A DNA stretch of 63,285 nucleotides, the filler included, from Streblomastix strix (taxonomy: Eukaryota): the NCBI GenBank assembly GCA_008636045.1. It is 4 parts of 4 records of this genome, joined end to end, with 100 filler letters (N's around TTAATTAATTAA, not from the genome) between each part and the next. Parts side by side here need not be neighbours in the genome. Positions count along the whole stretch, not along the records: positions 1 to 15,751 come from SNRW01000940.1; positions 15,852 to 31,597 come from SNRW01000941.1; 2 more parts are not named here. One strand, given 5' to 3'. A program made the translations under genes and the position numbers. Every line of letters starts with the position of its first letter. Positions within the stretch are counted from its first letter, which is position 1. Shown one piece after another: positions 1 through 17,320 of the stretch. Under the pieces are notes generated by a model. It was not told the origin of the DNA, did not search any database, and worked only from the letters and a program-made list of their open reading frames with translations.

Positions 1-399
1 TTATATGAGACTGAATCACATTCTCGTGGTATAATATTAGGATGGAATAAAAGCGATAATGTAGAAGATTAAGAAGAAGATTGGGCTTGTGTAACTGAAA
101 CCATTGGCAAAGATCCTGAAAAGAAATATACCTTAGAATATTTAAAGTTTGGTGAAATTGATGAATTTATATCTGCAACTGTACTTATGCATCTTGGCCC
201 ATTGGAAGATTGTGATCATCCAACACTAAAATCCCCAATAGACATCTGCAAATGCCCAGATAGGACTGATCCTGCAACTTGGTACTCAGATCCCAGGACA
301 AAGGAAGGTCAGCTGTGCGATTCATGTGGATTAGCGAGAGGAGCATTTAGTTTGATATTCTTTACTGTAGTACTCCCAATTCTGGCGATGTTCTGGTGA
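1..399 (+). CDS. 3' end of a putative membrane- or GPI-anchored, Cys-containing surface protein (5'-partial)
   Basis: Frame 1 is open from base 1 with TAA=Gln (LYETESHSRG...CDHPTLKSPIDICKCP...CDSCG). It ends in a hydrophobic tail (AFSLIFFTVVLPILAMFW) and TGA at 397-399. Confidence 0.6.
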
Positions 400-1039
400 A
401 AAAGAGGAAATGATTTTGTGAGGTGATTTATTCAGTTGATATATTCTCAAACTGTTTGTGTCTTCACATAAATTCGAAATTTATATTTATTTGAAATATA
501 TGAATTAAACAAAATGAAATTACATTTCTTCGAAAATTTTTATAAAAAGAGGATCTGCTTTGATTTGAGTCTTTGGTTACAAAATATATTAATTTGCATA
601 CTAATTTTTATGTATTTATTTTGTTTTAATCCATTTATACTTATATTTTAAAGAAACAGCTTTGCATGCCTTGATATTTTCTAAAACTTAAAATACGTAT
701 AGTAACTGTTATTTAATTTATTGATTGCTATTTATTTTTTACTACATATTAAAATTTTCAACATTTTTTAAAGTATTTCGTTGTTTTAACCTACAACAAC
801 ACGAAAATACGTTTGAAGCTTATTTACCTATGATTCGATATGAAAATGTAATTATTGTATTCTTTTGTTATCATTAGCATATTATTGCTTATGATTCATA
901 ACTTCATATCGCATAATGCATATCCATAAAATTTTTATTAAATTTTTTTATCCTATTTTATTTGCTCGATATTTCTGCATGAACTGTTTAACATCGAGAC
1001 TATTAACTGCAATCAACAAATATATTTAGAGAATCAACA

Positions 1040-2219
1040 ATGACTACACCAACGGAGTACAATGTTGTTTGTGGTCTATAGGGGCTAAGTGCTGATATTT
1101 TGCTTGAAATTGTGGCAGAGATGAAATTTATACATAGCATTGAACATTTCCTTTGTATATGTAAGAAGACATTTTCTTTGACTCGCCATATAAGATTTCG
1201 AAAGTCATTGGAGAATAAAATAGGTATGATAATATATTTGATCTCAAAATTATTATTTTTTATCAAATTTTTCAATTTATTCATGTTTCAAATTATCATA
1301 TATAAGAAAATGTTAAAGTTACACATATAATTCCTTCATTATAAGATGTATTTATTTAAAATAATACTTTCATTCATGCGTTATAGAATAATAATCCATC
1401 AACAATTTTGTTTAATCCATTAATCACAAATGGAATTGTGAAGATTGAAATTTACAACAAGAAGCATTTACTTGGTTTTGTTCTTGTTATTTATTTATTA
1501 TTAATTATTTTACAACTCATTACTTAAATATATTCATAATTAGGTGTTGGTATTGCAGATAGATCTGTACAATATAATCAAGGAGATCATCCTTGGAATA
1601 AAGGTATAGAATAATAATAATTGGAAAAAGTGTGTTTGTATATTTTTTAATTTTTTATTAAAATTAATAAATACAGGTTGGGAAAAGATTATGTGTTATT
1701 ATAGAGAGTGTGTTTCTTATTTATTACTTATATAAATAATCTTATATGCATTATTATTCAAGTGGTGACATTATTCACAATGAAATTTGGATTAAAGGAA
1801 ACTCCAAAATCAAAAGTAGACATAGTATTGCAATGGAGGTATATGAATATTATATTATTTATTTACTTATTTCATACTCTATAAATTGCATATTGTAGTT
1901 GAATATGGAATCTGTTCCGAAGTAATTGACTTTTTTCTATGATAATATTGAGCAGAATAACTATGTAGTGAATATTCCATCTTCTGTTAGATTTTTGGTT
2001 TATTATATTAGAATATATTAATTCAGTGATATTATATAATAATTCATTTATTCTTACTCTATTAACATTCATATTCTATTTAATTACTTATTATTACTAT
2101 AGGTATACTTAAGCATGAGTGAATCATCATTCAGAATTTTGAGCTTCAATCGTCTTGTTACTCCAACTGCATAACACCCTCAATAATCAAGATCTTTTAT
2201 ATGGGGAACTAATTGGTGA
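1040..2219 (+). CDS. F-box-like plus SPRY/B30.2-like domain protein, multi-exon
   Basis: ATG at 1040, then LQGLSADILLEIVAEMKFIHSIEHFLCICKK (F-box-like). Later exons give STILFNPLITNGIVKIEI, GVGIAD, GNSKIKSRHSIAME-LNMESVPKQLTFFYDNIEQ (SPRY-like beta-sandwich). Several AT-rich introns; ends FIWGTNW-TGA at 2217-2219. Confidence 0.6.
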
Positions 2220-2689
2220 ATGAAATAAATAATATAGATATTATATATATGCGCGTATAGAAAATCTGAATAAATTAAAGATGGTTGATGGACTTAATGT
2301 TTAATTAGTCATTTATTATTGAATTGTTTTTATTTAGCTGATTTTTTGTGAATTATTTTTGTTTAATCAGCTATTTTTGAATTGTTTTTTTTATTTAATC
2401 ATTTATATTTGAATTAATTTTAATTGATCAACTTAGTATTTTTATTAATTTATTATTTATTATTAATTTTTTATATGTATCTCATTTTAAACGAGCACTA
2501 TCATATAATTTATTTGTTATTTCTTATGGTGTTAATTAGTTATTCTCACAAATATGTATAAAATAAAATTAATTTTATTTATAAAACATAAAATAAAAAA
2601 ATATATGATTTAAAACAAAAAAGTTGTTTGAATATCATTTTTAAAAAATCATATTTTCTTATCTACACATCATTGCACTGCATTAAAAT

Positions 2690-5600
2690 TCAGTCTTTTA
2701 GCAATTCAATTAATTCTTTAGCAACTTTTGCAATCTTCTTATTCCTACTGAATGAATGTTATTGAATAAGTGTAATCTGAATCCCTTTTTGTATTATTTC
2801 TTTTGTCTGTGATGAACCATTCTTGATCAATGCAATAAGAAGATGAAGTGCTTCACAGCAAGTTTTCTTCCTCTCTTTATTCTTAAGACATTGTTCAATT
2901 TCTTTTATAAATCCATCAGATAATATATAAGCGTGGTTCGCTGAAATTAAATAAATAGTGAATAAAAATAAATAGCAAATTAAAATTATTGAAGAAACCT
3001 TCACATTCAGCAAGACCACAGAGAATAGAAAGTGTAATGCTCGATTTATTATCATCAATTCCAATTATTTACATTTTCAAGACTTTAACGATTTCATATC
3101 CATATTCTGATGGTAATGGCAACGCTTTGAATAGTAAAGATATTGTCTAAACAATATTAACTTTGATAGCTCGAATTATTTTATCATCAATAAAGAAATC
3201 CATAAGAATTTGAAGAGTTCCATCTTTTTGAATTTCATTTCTGTATCTATTTTACTCCCCGACTTTTACATCAACACTTCCAGATTGAACAATTAACATA
3301 ATTATTTCAGATGCTTTTAATTACGGATTTTAATATTCGCTATCTAAGTGGTTAATAACAACTCTTATAACTCCCCTTCTGAACATTTCTTATAATGAAT
3401 CATCCAGACTCTCATTTACAATAGTAAGAAGCAGTTCTATTTGATTATGCAAACTCTCTGTCAATGAACCATAAATATTTGCAACAAGAAGATCAACAAT
3501 CCCATTTTCTTACATTGCAATTGGAATCAGTTGGGGATTGCCTTCAAATATCAAAGACATCAATTCACACACAGGATCAATAACACCAGACATTCCATCT
3601 TCACTGCTACGGATTCTTTACAGATATTACTATGCTTCATCCAATACTCCTAATTCAGCAATAACAGCTCTTTATTCAACACTTTTAGATATCAGATCTT
3701 GTATCAACGATGCAATTCGCTTCATTACATCTTAGCATATGATCCAAGATAGAAGCTCTCTCGTATTCAATCGAACTATGCAATTCTAATGGTTTGTCAA
3801 TTCTCTTACTGCTTATATTGAAATAGCATTATGAACTGCATTTCTAATTTCTTCGTTTTCATTTTAGAAAATCTCACCAAGAATAAATGAATAACTAACA
3901 ATATTACCAACAGTCTAACTTTAATAATTGCTTTTAGTATTGATAAATATAAAATTTATAAAATAAATTAAATTTACTAAATATAAAAATAAATACAAAC
4001 CTAAAAAAATTAGAAACACAATTAATGATATTTTCAGATAATAAAATTTAATGATTTTCTATTTAATAAAAGAAATATCAATGATTATATAATAAGTTAA
4101 TTGAAATTCATAAATTGTTCAAATTATAAACCTTGACACTAAGATAAATCAGTAATTGAATCTATACTTTCATTAAAAAGAATATATTGTTGATTGGAAA
4201 GAATTTGATAGTGGTGTCTGACAACTTCTGTTCTTATATCTAATGGAAGTGGAAATGCTTTGAAAATATGTCCTAATGCAATTGCTGATCTTTTATTAAT
4301 ATTTTTATTAATGAAATTGTTATTCTTTATTATATGTGAAAGTTTATTGATTATTCCAATATCTTCAAGTTCCTTCAAACATGAGATTGGTTATTTCTGT
4401 TTAGTAAAGTTTGAATGATATTAAACTATAATCTAAATTATGTATAAACACGCATAAATAATTTATTCATTTTAACTTTCTATTACTTTGTTAATAACTC
4501 TTATTATTCCTTTCTGTATGATATAAGAATTCAAGTCCTAATTCAATGCCTTGAAATGTAGCATTGGTAACAAATGCTGATATTTGAATTTAATAAGAGG
4601 AAGTGCACTCAAGAATAGAATGTATGTGTCTATGAACTCTTTTTCTTCAAGTGAAATGAATTAATCTGATTTATGCCATCTAAGAATATAAGATGCAGCT
4701 TCACATGCTTTTATGACTGCATACTCAGTTTCTGCATTTCCATCTTTTCCACGTTAAAGCATTGTACAAATATCCTTCACTGATTCATGCTTGAGGGATT
4801 ATATTTATTCTTCATTTATTTTTCCTTTTGGTAAATTAATTATTTTATTGAATTTCTCCATGTCTTCTCTGCATGATATCCAAGATAATAAGATCTTGGC
4901 ATTATTTGAAATAGACTCTTGTATATTTTAAGCATTTTATAATAAATCTACTATTGGGATTGTTATTTAAATAATTGTATGAGTTTGAATATCACCAAAG
5001 TTGGCAATAGAAACAAGAAATTAAAGAAATATTTCAAGTATTTCTGGATTATCTGATCTGCTGAATTAGAGAATAATATAAATTAAATAATTATAGAAAT
5101 GAAAAATTGTAAAATAAACCTTAGAAATTAAATAATATCTTTCAGGAAATCATTTTCAAGGATTCAAGTGTGATTTTCTATAAAAATTATTAATAAAATA
5201 TCAAAAAATATTATTATGAAATTTTTTCAAATAAAATTCTAATAACAAAATCAGTGTAAAAACTATTATAATATTTAGCAAACATTAACATAAAGCAAGT
5301 GAATTAAGTGCAGATAATGAATTTCTCAAATTAATAGTTTCTTTTCCTTTCACAGCTTCTTTCAGATGTTAAATTACAATATTCATTGATTGAGGAAGTT
5401 AAACATCACAATGTAACCATCCTAATGTAATTGCAGAATTGGTTTTTGTAGTTTGAGTTTTGCCTTATTGCAATCCATCTTCAAATAAAGCACTAACAAT
5501 ATTGGATTTAGCCATATCAGATAGTAATTTGGATGGATTGGTCATTTTATTTAAATTACAAACTTTGTTGAGTATTTCCATTATTATAGCTGAAGTGATT

Positions 5601-7300
5601 TCTGCAACTTCTTATTAATCACTTTTCAGTATATTGATGATGGATTAAAGAATTCCTATATTAATCACTTCTTTATTCAATTATATTGGACAAAGTGTTA
5701 CAAGTAATTTCAGAGAATTAATATGAACAGTTTTAATATTTTCAATGGATAACGTTGTTCCAATTAAAATTTATATTTCTTTAATTAATTATATATTCCA
5801 TGCATCATCAGGAAGAATATAATCTGTAAGAATTGCACAAATGACTTCGCATACTTCATTTATCAGAATTAAAGAAGATTAAATGGGTTAATTATGCGTC
5901 CAACTCAGAATTGAAGTGAGTTCGAGAAGAATTTCCTTCAATTTTGGAATTTTCGTTGAATCAAAAATATTCTCTGATATTTCCTCTTTTATTGAAGAAA
6001 TTCTGCTGAGATGTGTTGTAAGTATTGAATTATTCTCTAAATGTGAAAATTAAACATCATTTGGCAAATCAGATTGAATGGTAATAAGTTGAGTCTAAGA
6101 ATCAGATTTTAATGATGTTGAATCAAACTTTAATGAAGATGATTCATGTTTTAGGGGAGATATAAATGATTAAGAATCGGAATTTTCTCTTTGGAGAATA
6201 GGTATATTTAAACTTTATAATAATGGTAACGATCTTGTGAATTAAAGCGATTAAGATTTTTCATTCCATAAGTTAATACAAGCGGAAATTTCAGGCAAAT
6301 GAAGTATTTTTTCTGCATTTTGTCGACTATCAGCATCCTATATATAAAAATGACTAATTAAAAATATATTCGAATAAAATAAAGCTAACCTTATCCAGAA
6401 GAGAGAGTATTAATTTCTAAGCGGATTCATTCTTCATATTCATAAAAGGAGCAGGTTTCTCATTCAAAATTCCGAGAACGAGGCTAACTTCGCTTGAAAT
6501 ATTAAAAGGGTGCCTCAACTCAGCAAGAATGTATAGTATTATACCTAAGCTCCACTAATCAACTTTTTCCGTGTAGCTATTAATATAAGAATAATTGATT
6601 GGTAATAAATATTTACTATATAAACATTATAATTCATTGAACATACGACCATTTCTTAAGCATTTCTGGACTTAAAAATAATCGAGTTCCTGCAACAGTA
6701 TTTGCATAATCTTAGTCATCAATAACTTTGGAAAGTCCAAAATCTCCTATTTTTAATCGATTTTTTCCTGGTAATTAGATTGAATATATAACAATAAAAA
6801 ATATTAATAAAATAAAACCTGAAATGAAGATATTTGAAGGTTTTAAATCTCTGTGCAATATCTATTTGCTATGTATGAAAGAAATACCAGATGCAAGTTG
6901 TGCTGCTAAATCGAAAAACTCCTATTCAGTGATAATTTTATGTTCTTTTTTCATATTATCTATATATTTCTGAAGATCGCCATTCTAGCAATATTCCATC
7001 ACAATATTTATTGACTTTTCTTTGAGAAAATAACCAAAACATCGAACAACGAATTCATTCTTCAATTTTTACATCACAACCACTTCCTTTTTTACTGCTT
7101 CTAATTCATTTTCATCATGAAATGTAATTTTCTTTATGACAACCTGTCTTTGTGAATAAATATCCCGAAAAACGCCAATACTCCCAAACGCTCCGTGGCC
7201 AAGGATTAGAACTTCTTAAACTATTAAATTATAAATTATAAACAAAAATATTTCACAAAATAAATAAACTAATTCACATACAACGAGATGCGTCGAGCAT
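2690..7300 (-). CDS. NEK/NIMA-like Ser/Thr protein kinase with a long C-terminal ARM/helical-repeat region, multi-exon
   Basis: ATG at 7300, then LGHGAFG, VVIKK, IVMEYCQNGDL, HRDLKPSNIF, LKIGDFGLSKV, AGTRLFLSPE, DQWSLGIILY. GT-AG introns near 7221-7281, 6775-6818 and 6339-6389. Helical repeats continue to ...ELIELLKD-TGA at 2692-2690. Confidence 0.85.
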
Positions 7301-7810
7301 TTGTCGTATGAAATTTCTCCTAAAAATAATATTTTACTTTTAAATTCAATCTTATCCTTATTGGAATGAATTAAATAATATTTATATCTTTTTTAATAAT
7401 AAATATTCTTATTTCAAAATCAAAATTTAGTGAAAATAACTCCCTACAAACTTATTTTACGAATTGTATTACATATCTAAAATTATAATCTTTCAACACA
7501 TTATTTTCCTTATATGTGATTATATAAAAATTATTTACGATTGTTACATTCAATTTTAACGAACTATATAGTGAGTTCATTTTTTTTTCAAAGAAATCGC
7601 TTTTCACATCTATTCTTATTCTTAAATGTTAAATTTTGAGATTAATTTTTAATTATTTAATTATATATATTATTATTATTCTTTGCACAAAAATTTAATT
7701 AGAAATTTATAAAATCCAATTTTAACATATTTTTCCTTGTATCTTTTTTGCCATTTATTTTATTTTATAAAACCTTAAATAAATTCAAAACATATTTAGA
7801 AAATATATTG

Positions 7811-8701
7811 ATGGAATAGAATGTTGCAGTGCAAGCAGGTGTGGATGATCCTATCCTAAAAGTTACAGGAAAATCCAGATGGTGGCTATTAGGGATATTA
7901 TTCTTAATTTTTAGTGTGTGTTCAGTTGGAGGATTTGTTATAGGCATAATTTATAGTGATTTATGGTACTTCATGTTAATATTTGGCGAATTGTCATTCT
8001 TTTCTTTTGTAATGGCAGGAATGTTTATCTTTGATGATAAGAAAGCAATTGTAAAATACGACCCAAATAACAAGATTCTAAATGTAATCATGGTATATTT
8101 ATATTATATTTATATTTCTTACTTATTAATTATTATTATTATTATCATATAGGTTAAAAACTTTATATCTCGTATTTTCTGCAAAGAGAAAGAGATAACG
8201 AGAACTATGCAGATTAAAGATATAAGTATAGTATTAAGTACCAAAGGATGTTGCCTTTATAAATTTCATGCAGCTGGAATTGCTTCCAGTTCCATTATAA
8301 CTAAATGTATTTTCAAAGCTGGATAACTTGATCCAATAATTAATACAATCTAACCAATAATACATGCTCTAAATGTAGAAAGAGAAAAATAAAGATAGAA
8401 TTAATTGAATCAACATTCATAGTAATAACAAATTATATTTATTGTTCAGAATGCAGAAGAATTTATTAGATAGAATCCAAACGCATAGATTTAAGTTATT
8501 TAGAATCCAAATGCATATAATCCACCAGTTACTTTACCCCAATAACTATAATAATAAATATAATTCAATTAATAATAATAACCATCTCAATATACTTCAT
8601 AAAATTAACCTGATTCATATCCTGCTGTTCAACCTGTATATTCAGCTATACAATCTGTAGATGAAGCTCCTCCATAATATCCATAAATTGCCAAAACATG
8701 A
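7811..8701 (+). CDS. Two-TM membrane protein with a Gln/Pro/Tyr-rich C-terminal tail
   Basis: ATG at 7811; hydrophobic segments WWLLGILFLIFSVCSVGGFVIGII and FMLIFGELSFFSFVMAGMFIF; one intron at about 8093-8152; ends DEAPPQYPQIAKT-TGA at 8699-8701. Confidence 0.6.
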
Positions 8702-8931
8702 GGAATTGAAGGACATTAATATTTAAGACCAAGAAAGTATATAAGTTATTTGTAATATTTATTGTTTTATTTTGTTTTGCATTTCAATATTCAGTTATCA
8801 TTTCTATGCAAATTATTATTTTAATACTATACTATTTTATTATAAAACACTTTTTAATAAATATTAAACGATTTGGTAAATAATATATAAATATAAGAGC
8901 TCTTTGTTTGTTTTGAATATCAACTGCACAC

Positions 8932-11570
<2,639 letters not shown>

Positions 11571-11913
11571 GATAGTTGAATATTTGCAACTGAAATGAGC
11601 TATAATATAAAATAATATGAAAAAAGAAAAAATACTTAAACATTCAAATGTAAATACTATTATTTTATTTAAAAAAATAAATATGTGTTTAATACTATAA
11701 GAAATATTTGAAATTTAATTATTCAGTAATAATTAAATTTATAATATATATTTTTGCTATATTAATAAGACAAGTTGTGCATATATATGCAAAATTTTCC
11801 TTAAAACATGAATTATTAAAATATAATTTAGAGTCAAAAAAAAATGTATTATCCATATTATATATTATAAATGTAAGCTAACATATAATAAATACATCAA
11901 ATAATTCAAGAAA

Positions 11914-14900
11914 ATGAAGCGAATATATTAAATTAAATGTGGATATCGAGCAATTATGTCTAGAAAACTTGATAGTATAATTGCAAATTTCGAGTATTAT
12001 TCCGTTAATTAATACTAGATTTAAAGTCAACATGGATCATATTAATCAATTATTATCCAAATTAAATAATCAAATAACTCTTTTACCGAAGAAACAAGCC
12101 TGCAACAAAATAATACAAATTTTTGATCAAAATACAATGTAATTTTTGTAATTGTATCTAAAATTTACATGCTATATTATTTTTTATTAATTTTTATTTA
12201 AATATTTATTAACTACATAGTATGTAAATTTCTGTTACGAGTTCAAAAAAAAATTAAAAAATCGCGTTTAACAAAACTAATATACAATTATATATATAAT
12301 TTTTTATGTACTTTTTACTTAATTTGCAATAAATTATTTTATTTTCATCATTAACAAACCAAAATTATCTATTTACTAATGATATATTTATTTTTATTTG
12401 TTATATTTTTCTACAAATAATTTTTTCATTAGACACTCACTCCAATAAACATTAAAAAGATTATGTTAAAGATAGAAAATTAATCTTAAATAACAAATAA
12501 TGAAGAAATAGAAAAACTGAGGAAATAATAAAGAGATAAGAAACGATTATAAATTGAACAATAATAAAAAATAAATGATAAAGAGAAAGATAAATAATAT
12601 AAATGTAAATAGTCAGTAAATAATGAAGAATAACTATCAAATAATGACTCATACAAAGAAACTCAGAATTTAGATAACACATTTATCAATAATAGCCAAA
12701 TTATAGATGATGGAAACAATGATTCTTTTATTAAGTAATTCCAACCCATACAAATTCCACTTCATTCAAAGCAGAATTTTCTTCCAATGAATAACAATTA
12801 CTAATATACACATTCATGATCAAGAAGTACTTCTCCATCTCCTTTGAAAATAGATTACAATAATAATCCTTCTCTATAACGTTCCTAATCACAGTCAATT
12901 TCTTAATCTATTAAATATAATAATGAATATGATAACAATCATTATAATTCACTACCAATAATGTTAACATAATAATAATTATATGAATAAGAATAATAAG
13001 ATTAATTGAAATATAAATAAGCTAATCATACTTCTGATTCAATTGATCATTCCATATAATATAATATTCCATCTAATGATATAATTAGTAGTCTTTAATT
13101 ATTGTTATTAAATGAGAAGAAAAGAAGAAGAAAAAGAAAGAAAAGAGAAAAATAAAGAAATTATGTTGATTAATAGAATGAACCAAATGAAGAATATGAA
13201 GAAAATACGGAGAATTCAATTAAAGATAAACAGGAGCACTAATAAAAACATATTATTTTAATATAGAATGAAAAATTTAGCAAATAACAACAATAATCAA
13301 TTAAACAAAATAAATAATAATAATAATATATTAATGAATAATTAAATGTTCATTCCCCACAAATTTTGAATATTAATAATTATTATAATCATTAAAACTA
13401 TCCGTTTTCTTTATCTTCTCCTTAAATAACTTAAATTGCAGAATCTAAACCAAAATAATAATAATAATAAAATAAGAAATTATTATATTCATTTCAAAGT
13501 ATAAAAATTAATAATTTTAATGAATTGATTAATATCAACATTTCACGCTTCAAAAGAAACAAAATTAATGAATTGATTCCTGTTTAATTAATAATTGATG
13601 ACGTATCATAACTTTATTCATCACAATTCAATTTATAATCAACTTCTAACTCATAATAGTAGATGTAATAATAATCTTCTACCTCTCATTATTCAATTCA
13701 ATTTCATTCTACATCTCCTGAACTTCATCCATATTAATATTCATAATCACCAGATTCTCCTGTAATACATCATTATAAATATAGAAATAATGATAATAAT
13801 TCTGATCCTAATTCAATATCAACTCCAAATATTTCTCCATATACACTATGAACAATATCATCAAGATATGGTAATATATAATAATAACATTTTTAATCAA
13901 ATAAACTTTAGTAATCTCCTTTGAAATTCACATTGGATTAAGGATCTTAAATTAAAACATTATTTATTGCAAAATTAATTGAAATTATCGATTATAATAA
14001 AATGAATAAGATTGAATTAGAAAAAAAATAATACAATTAAATTCATTAATAATAATAAATAAATAGTGAAGAAGATATATATGATAATTTTGAAAGCGCA
14101 ATTATTAATATAATTAAAATCAATGTACCAATACATATTCTAAATATCAATCTTCCTGAAGACATAATCATTCCAGATTCATTATTTACTAAATATTGCA
14201 ATAATAAGAAAAAGTTAAATAAAGATTGGAAGAATAAATAAAAAGAAAAGTAGGATATTATGAAGTAAATGAAGAAAGAAAGAAGAAGAATAAGAGAAAT
14301 AGAAGAAGAAATAATAAAGATTTAAAGATTGGAATAAGAAGAAGAATAAGAAAATAGAATAAATAATGAAAGTGAAATTTAATCTAAAAATGTAATTGAT
14401 GAAATAAATAATAACAATTAATATAATTAATAAATTAAGAGAATTAAAATATATTTAAATGAAGATGATAATAATGAATTAAAATATGATAAACATATAA
14501 AATCAAAATAAATACAACCAGAATTTAATAATAAATACAATTAAATACAAAACTCATCTCCATTTAACGAATATCTTACATTTAATTCAGATAAATTAAA
14601 TAAATCAAATCAATAGCGAATATAATAACAATCAGAATATTAATAAGAATCTGGATAAGATAAAGACTTAACACATAATATTTCTCACTCTACATATCAC
14701 AGTTTTTAATCAAATAATTCCTCTATATCTTCTTCTTCATTAAATTCTTTTTTAATTTAATCTTCGCTTAATCCTCAATAATTAATGATTTAAATACCAA
14801 TATTTATTAATAAGAAACAATTACATAACTATTATAAATTGGAAAATACTAAATAAAAGAAAGTAAAACATAATAATAAACCATTAAAATTAAATAATAG

Positions 14901-15751
14901 TGATTATAATAAATAAATTAATATTGATAAATATAATATTAATTATGATAATAAAGATGAAGATGATAGTTAATATGATTTTAGTAAGGAAGAAATAAAT
15001 TAAGATTATTTTTCTTAACTAATTCCAAATGCTGATAATTTAGCATAAAAATATGGAAATACATTAAAATTAGATTCAGAAGCTATCATTAAACTTAAAT
15101 AATTAATTTAAACAGAATTAAATTCAAATAAAAATGAAATAAAGAATAAATTATTACAGATATTATAGTCAAATAAATAAAATAATCAAAGTACAAATAA
15201 TTAATTTAAATATAATATTATGACTAATAACAAATAATAATTCATTTAACTTTAACCATTCTTCAACAGCATAAATGATATTATTGGAATCATTAAAACA
15301 AGAGTATCAACAGCAAAAGTTATTGAGATAAAAATTCGCCTTCGTGATATTTGCTAAAAAGAATAAAATTAATAGCAAACAAACTAATTATTATCTCCTT
15401 ATGTAGATGTTATACTACTCAGATCTTATCCATTATACATTGCACATAGTATGGCATAAGCTTATGGATTCAAATAACGTAAAGAATAATATTTGAAAGA
15501 TGTTTTGAATGAAATGTTATAAAAATTTATTCAAACATACCGAATTGATTAAGAAATATCTGATTTTTATATTGATAAAAATGAAAATTAATAAGAATAT
15601 TAAGAATATGAGATTATTAAACGGCTCAATTAAGACGAAGATGCAATTCTATTTGTCTTAGTTATAGGAATGATTTCAGGATCAAAACCAGATCAATAAA
15701 AGACTATTAAAGTTAATGTTCATTAGAGAGCAGGACCAATTAAACCTTCAA
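11914..15751 (+). CDS. Large Gln/Asn/Ser-rich low-complexity protein, 3'-partial, function unknown
   Basis: A long exon from the acceptor at about 12432 reads open with TAA/TAG=Gln to the contig end (...RLNQDEDAILFVLVIGMISGSKPDQQKTIKVNVHQRAGPIKPS). Upstream exons at about 11914-12138 are tentative. Confidence 0.6.
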
Positions 15752-15851
15752 NNNNNNNNNNNNNNNNNNNNNNNNNNNNNNNNNNNNNNNNNNNNTTAAT
15801 TAATTAANNNNNNNNNNNNNNNNNNNNNNNNNNNNNNNNNNNNNNNNNNNN
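15752..15851. other. Artificial contig-joining linker
   Basis: 44 N + TTAATTAATTAA (stops in all six frames) + 44 N. Confidence 0.97.
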
Positions 15852-15852
15852 A

Positions 15853-16316
15853 TCAATTAATAAGTTAAAGAAGATTTATCAATTAATATTAGAATGCTTA
15901 GTATGGCTTGTATAGCTTTTATTCAATGTGAAATTCCAACATATATCAATCCTCAATTACTGCATCTCAACTATTTGAGTTCATTGGTTATGATTGCATC
16001 TACATGTGGAGGATACATATCATAGAATGATATCGAAATATGTTGAATTTTTTTTTGGATGTCAAAATTCATACTTGACTAACTCAAATAAAAAATCCTA
16101 GGGATATAAGATGAATCCAAATATGAATTAATTGCAGCCTTTATATAATGTCAATAATAAATAGAAGATATTGGTGGAAATGAAGAAATTGATGCTTAGT
16201 TGTTTAATGGAGGTTTCAATGGCCATATCAAGTTCAATGCAGTGCTGATCTAATAATAGTAATTGAACTATTTTTGGGATAAAAGTAATTCACATCATTA
16301 TTTCTGGTGGATTTGA
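15853..16316 (+). pseudogene. 3' end of an expanded helical-protein family member, with one in-frame TGA
   Basis: Reads ...STCGGYISQNDIEIC*IFFW...QIEDIGGNEEIDAQLFN...HHYFWWI-TGA. Internal TGA at 16044-16046. The C-terminal motif matches EQIEEEGGNEEIDSQ in the gene at 24402-26513. Confidence 0.55.
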
Positions 16317-16789
16317 ATTACTTCAATAAATTATATATTTTATATCTGTTTTAATGAAGATCAAATAAAAAATGTAAGTGTGTATTTATTTTACTGTGAA
16401 ATTACTGTCAAAATAAATATATAAATCAAAATGATGAATTGATGAAATATTTATATTTTGAAAAAATCAATTTATAAATTTAGTATTCTATATTTATTTG
16501 ATTTATATTTAAATATACATTTCGAAAGAAATTATTAATATTAGATGAAATATATAATTGAATTGATAAAGATTGTAGTTATATTCCAAAAACTAATTTT
16601 TTGAAACATCAATTGTTGATAAACAATCTACCATTTATTATTATATAAATTTTATTCTAAAATATTTGTAAAAATAAAACAGTTTTTTTGGTAATTATTA
16701 CTTCTTTTTTCATAATTATTGTAAAATAAAAATATTGAACAAAAAGAGCAATAATTAATAATAAAATTTAATCTAATTAATCAATTAAA

Positions 16790-17215
16790 GTAGAATCACC
16801 TCCTTTAATTTCCAAGTAACCTATTTTCACTTCAAAAACAGAGAAATAAATATCATCTCCAAACTCTCCTTCAAATTCACCAACAAATTCATAATTTCTA
16901 TTCAATGATTAAATCCAATAATAATAAAATGAAGAAAAGAAGAATATCTGTTTGCGTGATATTAATTTAAAGCTTATGAAAGGATCTTTAACGATGGTAA
17001 TTGGGAATGCTGGAAGTGGGAAATCATCTTTAGGTTTATTATTGAACAATTTTATGAAGGAATTTATTATTTTTTATTTTAATTATATTTATCAATAATT
17101 TATAATTTTAATTATTTTTATATTATTTATTTAATTAGGTTCTGTCATTATTGGTGACATAGAAAAATAATCAGGAGAAGTAAAATATACTGAATCTGTT
17201 GCATATTACCCATAA
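16790..17215 (+). pseudogene. ABCC/MRP-type transporter NBD fragment, part upstream of the DIRS insertion
   Basis: CLRDINLKLMKGSLTMVIGNAGSGKSSL (Walker A at 17003-17026), intron at about 17034-17138, then SVIIGDIEKQSGEVKYTESVAYYP-Q(TAA), broken by the element. No TM domain is seen upstream; start is approximate. Confidence 0.8.
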
Positions 17216-17255
17216 CCCTCCCTACGGTCGGATTATGTCGCAATCCTTTCGCTAT

Positions 17256-17320
17256 TGCGAGCTTCCCTGTTTATTTGGACATAAAGGCGCTTAAGGGCCC
17301 GATCGTTTTTTTATGAAATG
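17256..17320 (+). repeat. Left ITR of the DIRS element
   Basis: tgcgagcttccctgtttatttggacataaaggcgcttaagggcccgatcgtt...tgaaatg is the imperfect reverse complement of 21848-21908. Confidence 0.88.

Noticed and set aside
15752..15851. TTAATTAATTAA palindrome inside N runs, repeated three times at about 15.85-kb spacing
   Set aside because: Artificial concatenation linker. Segment lengths 15751, 15746, 15745 and 15743 suggest size-sorted contigs, so adjacency across linkers has no biological meaning.
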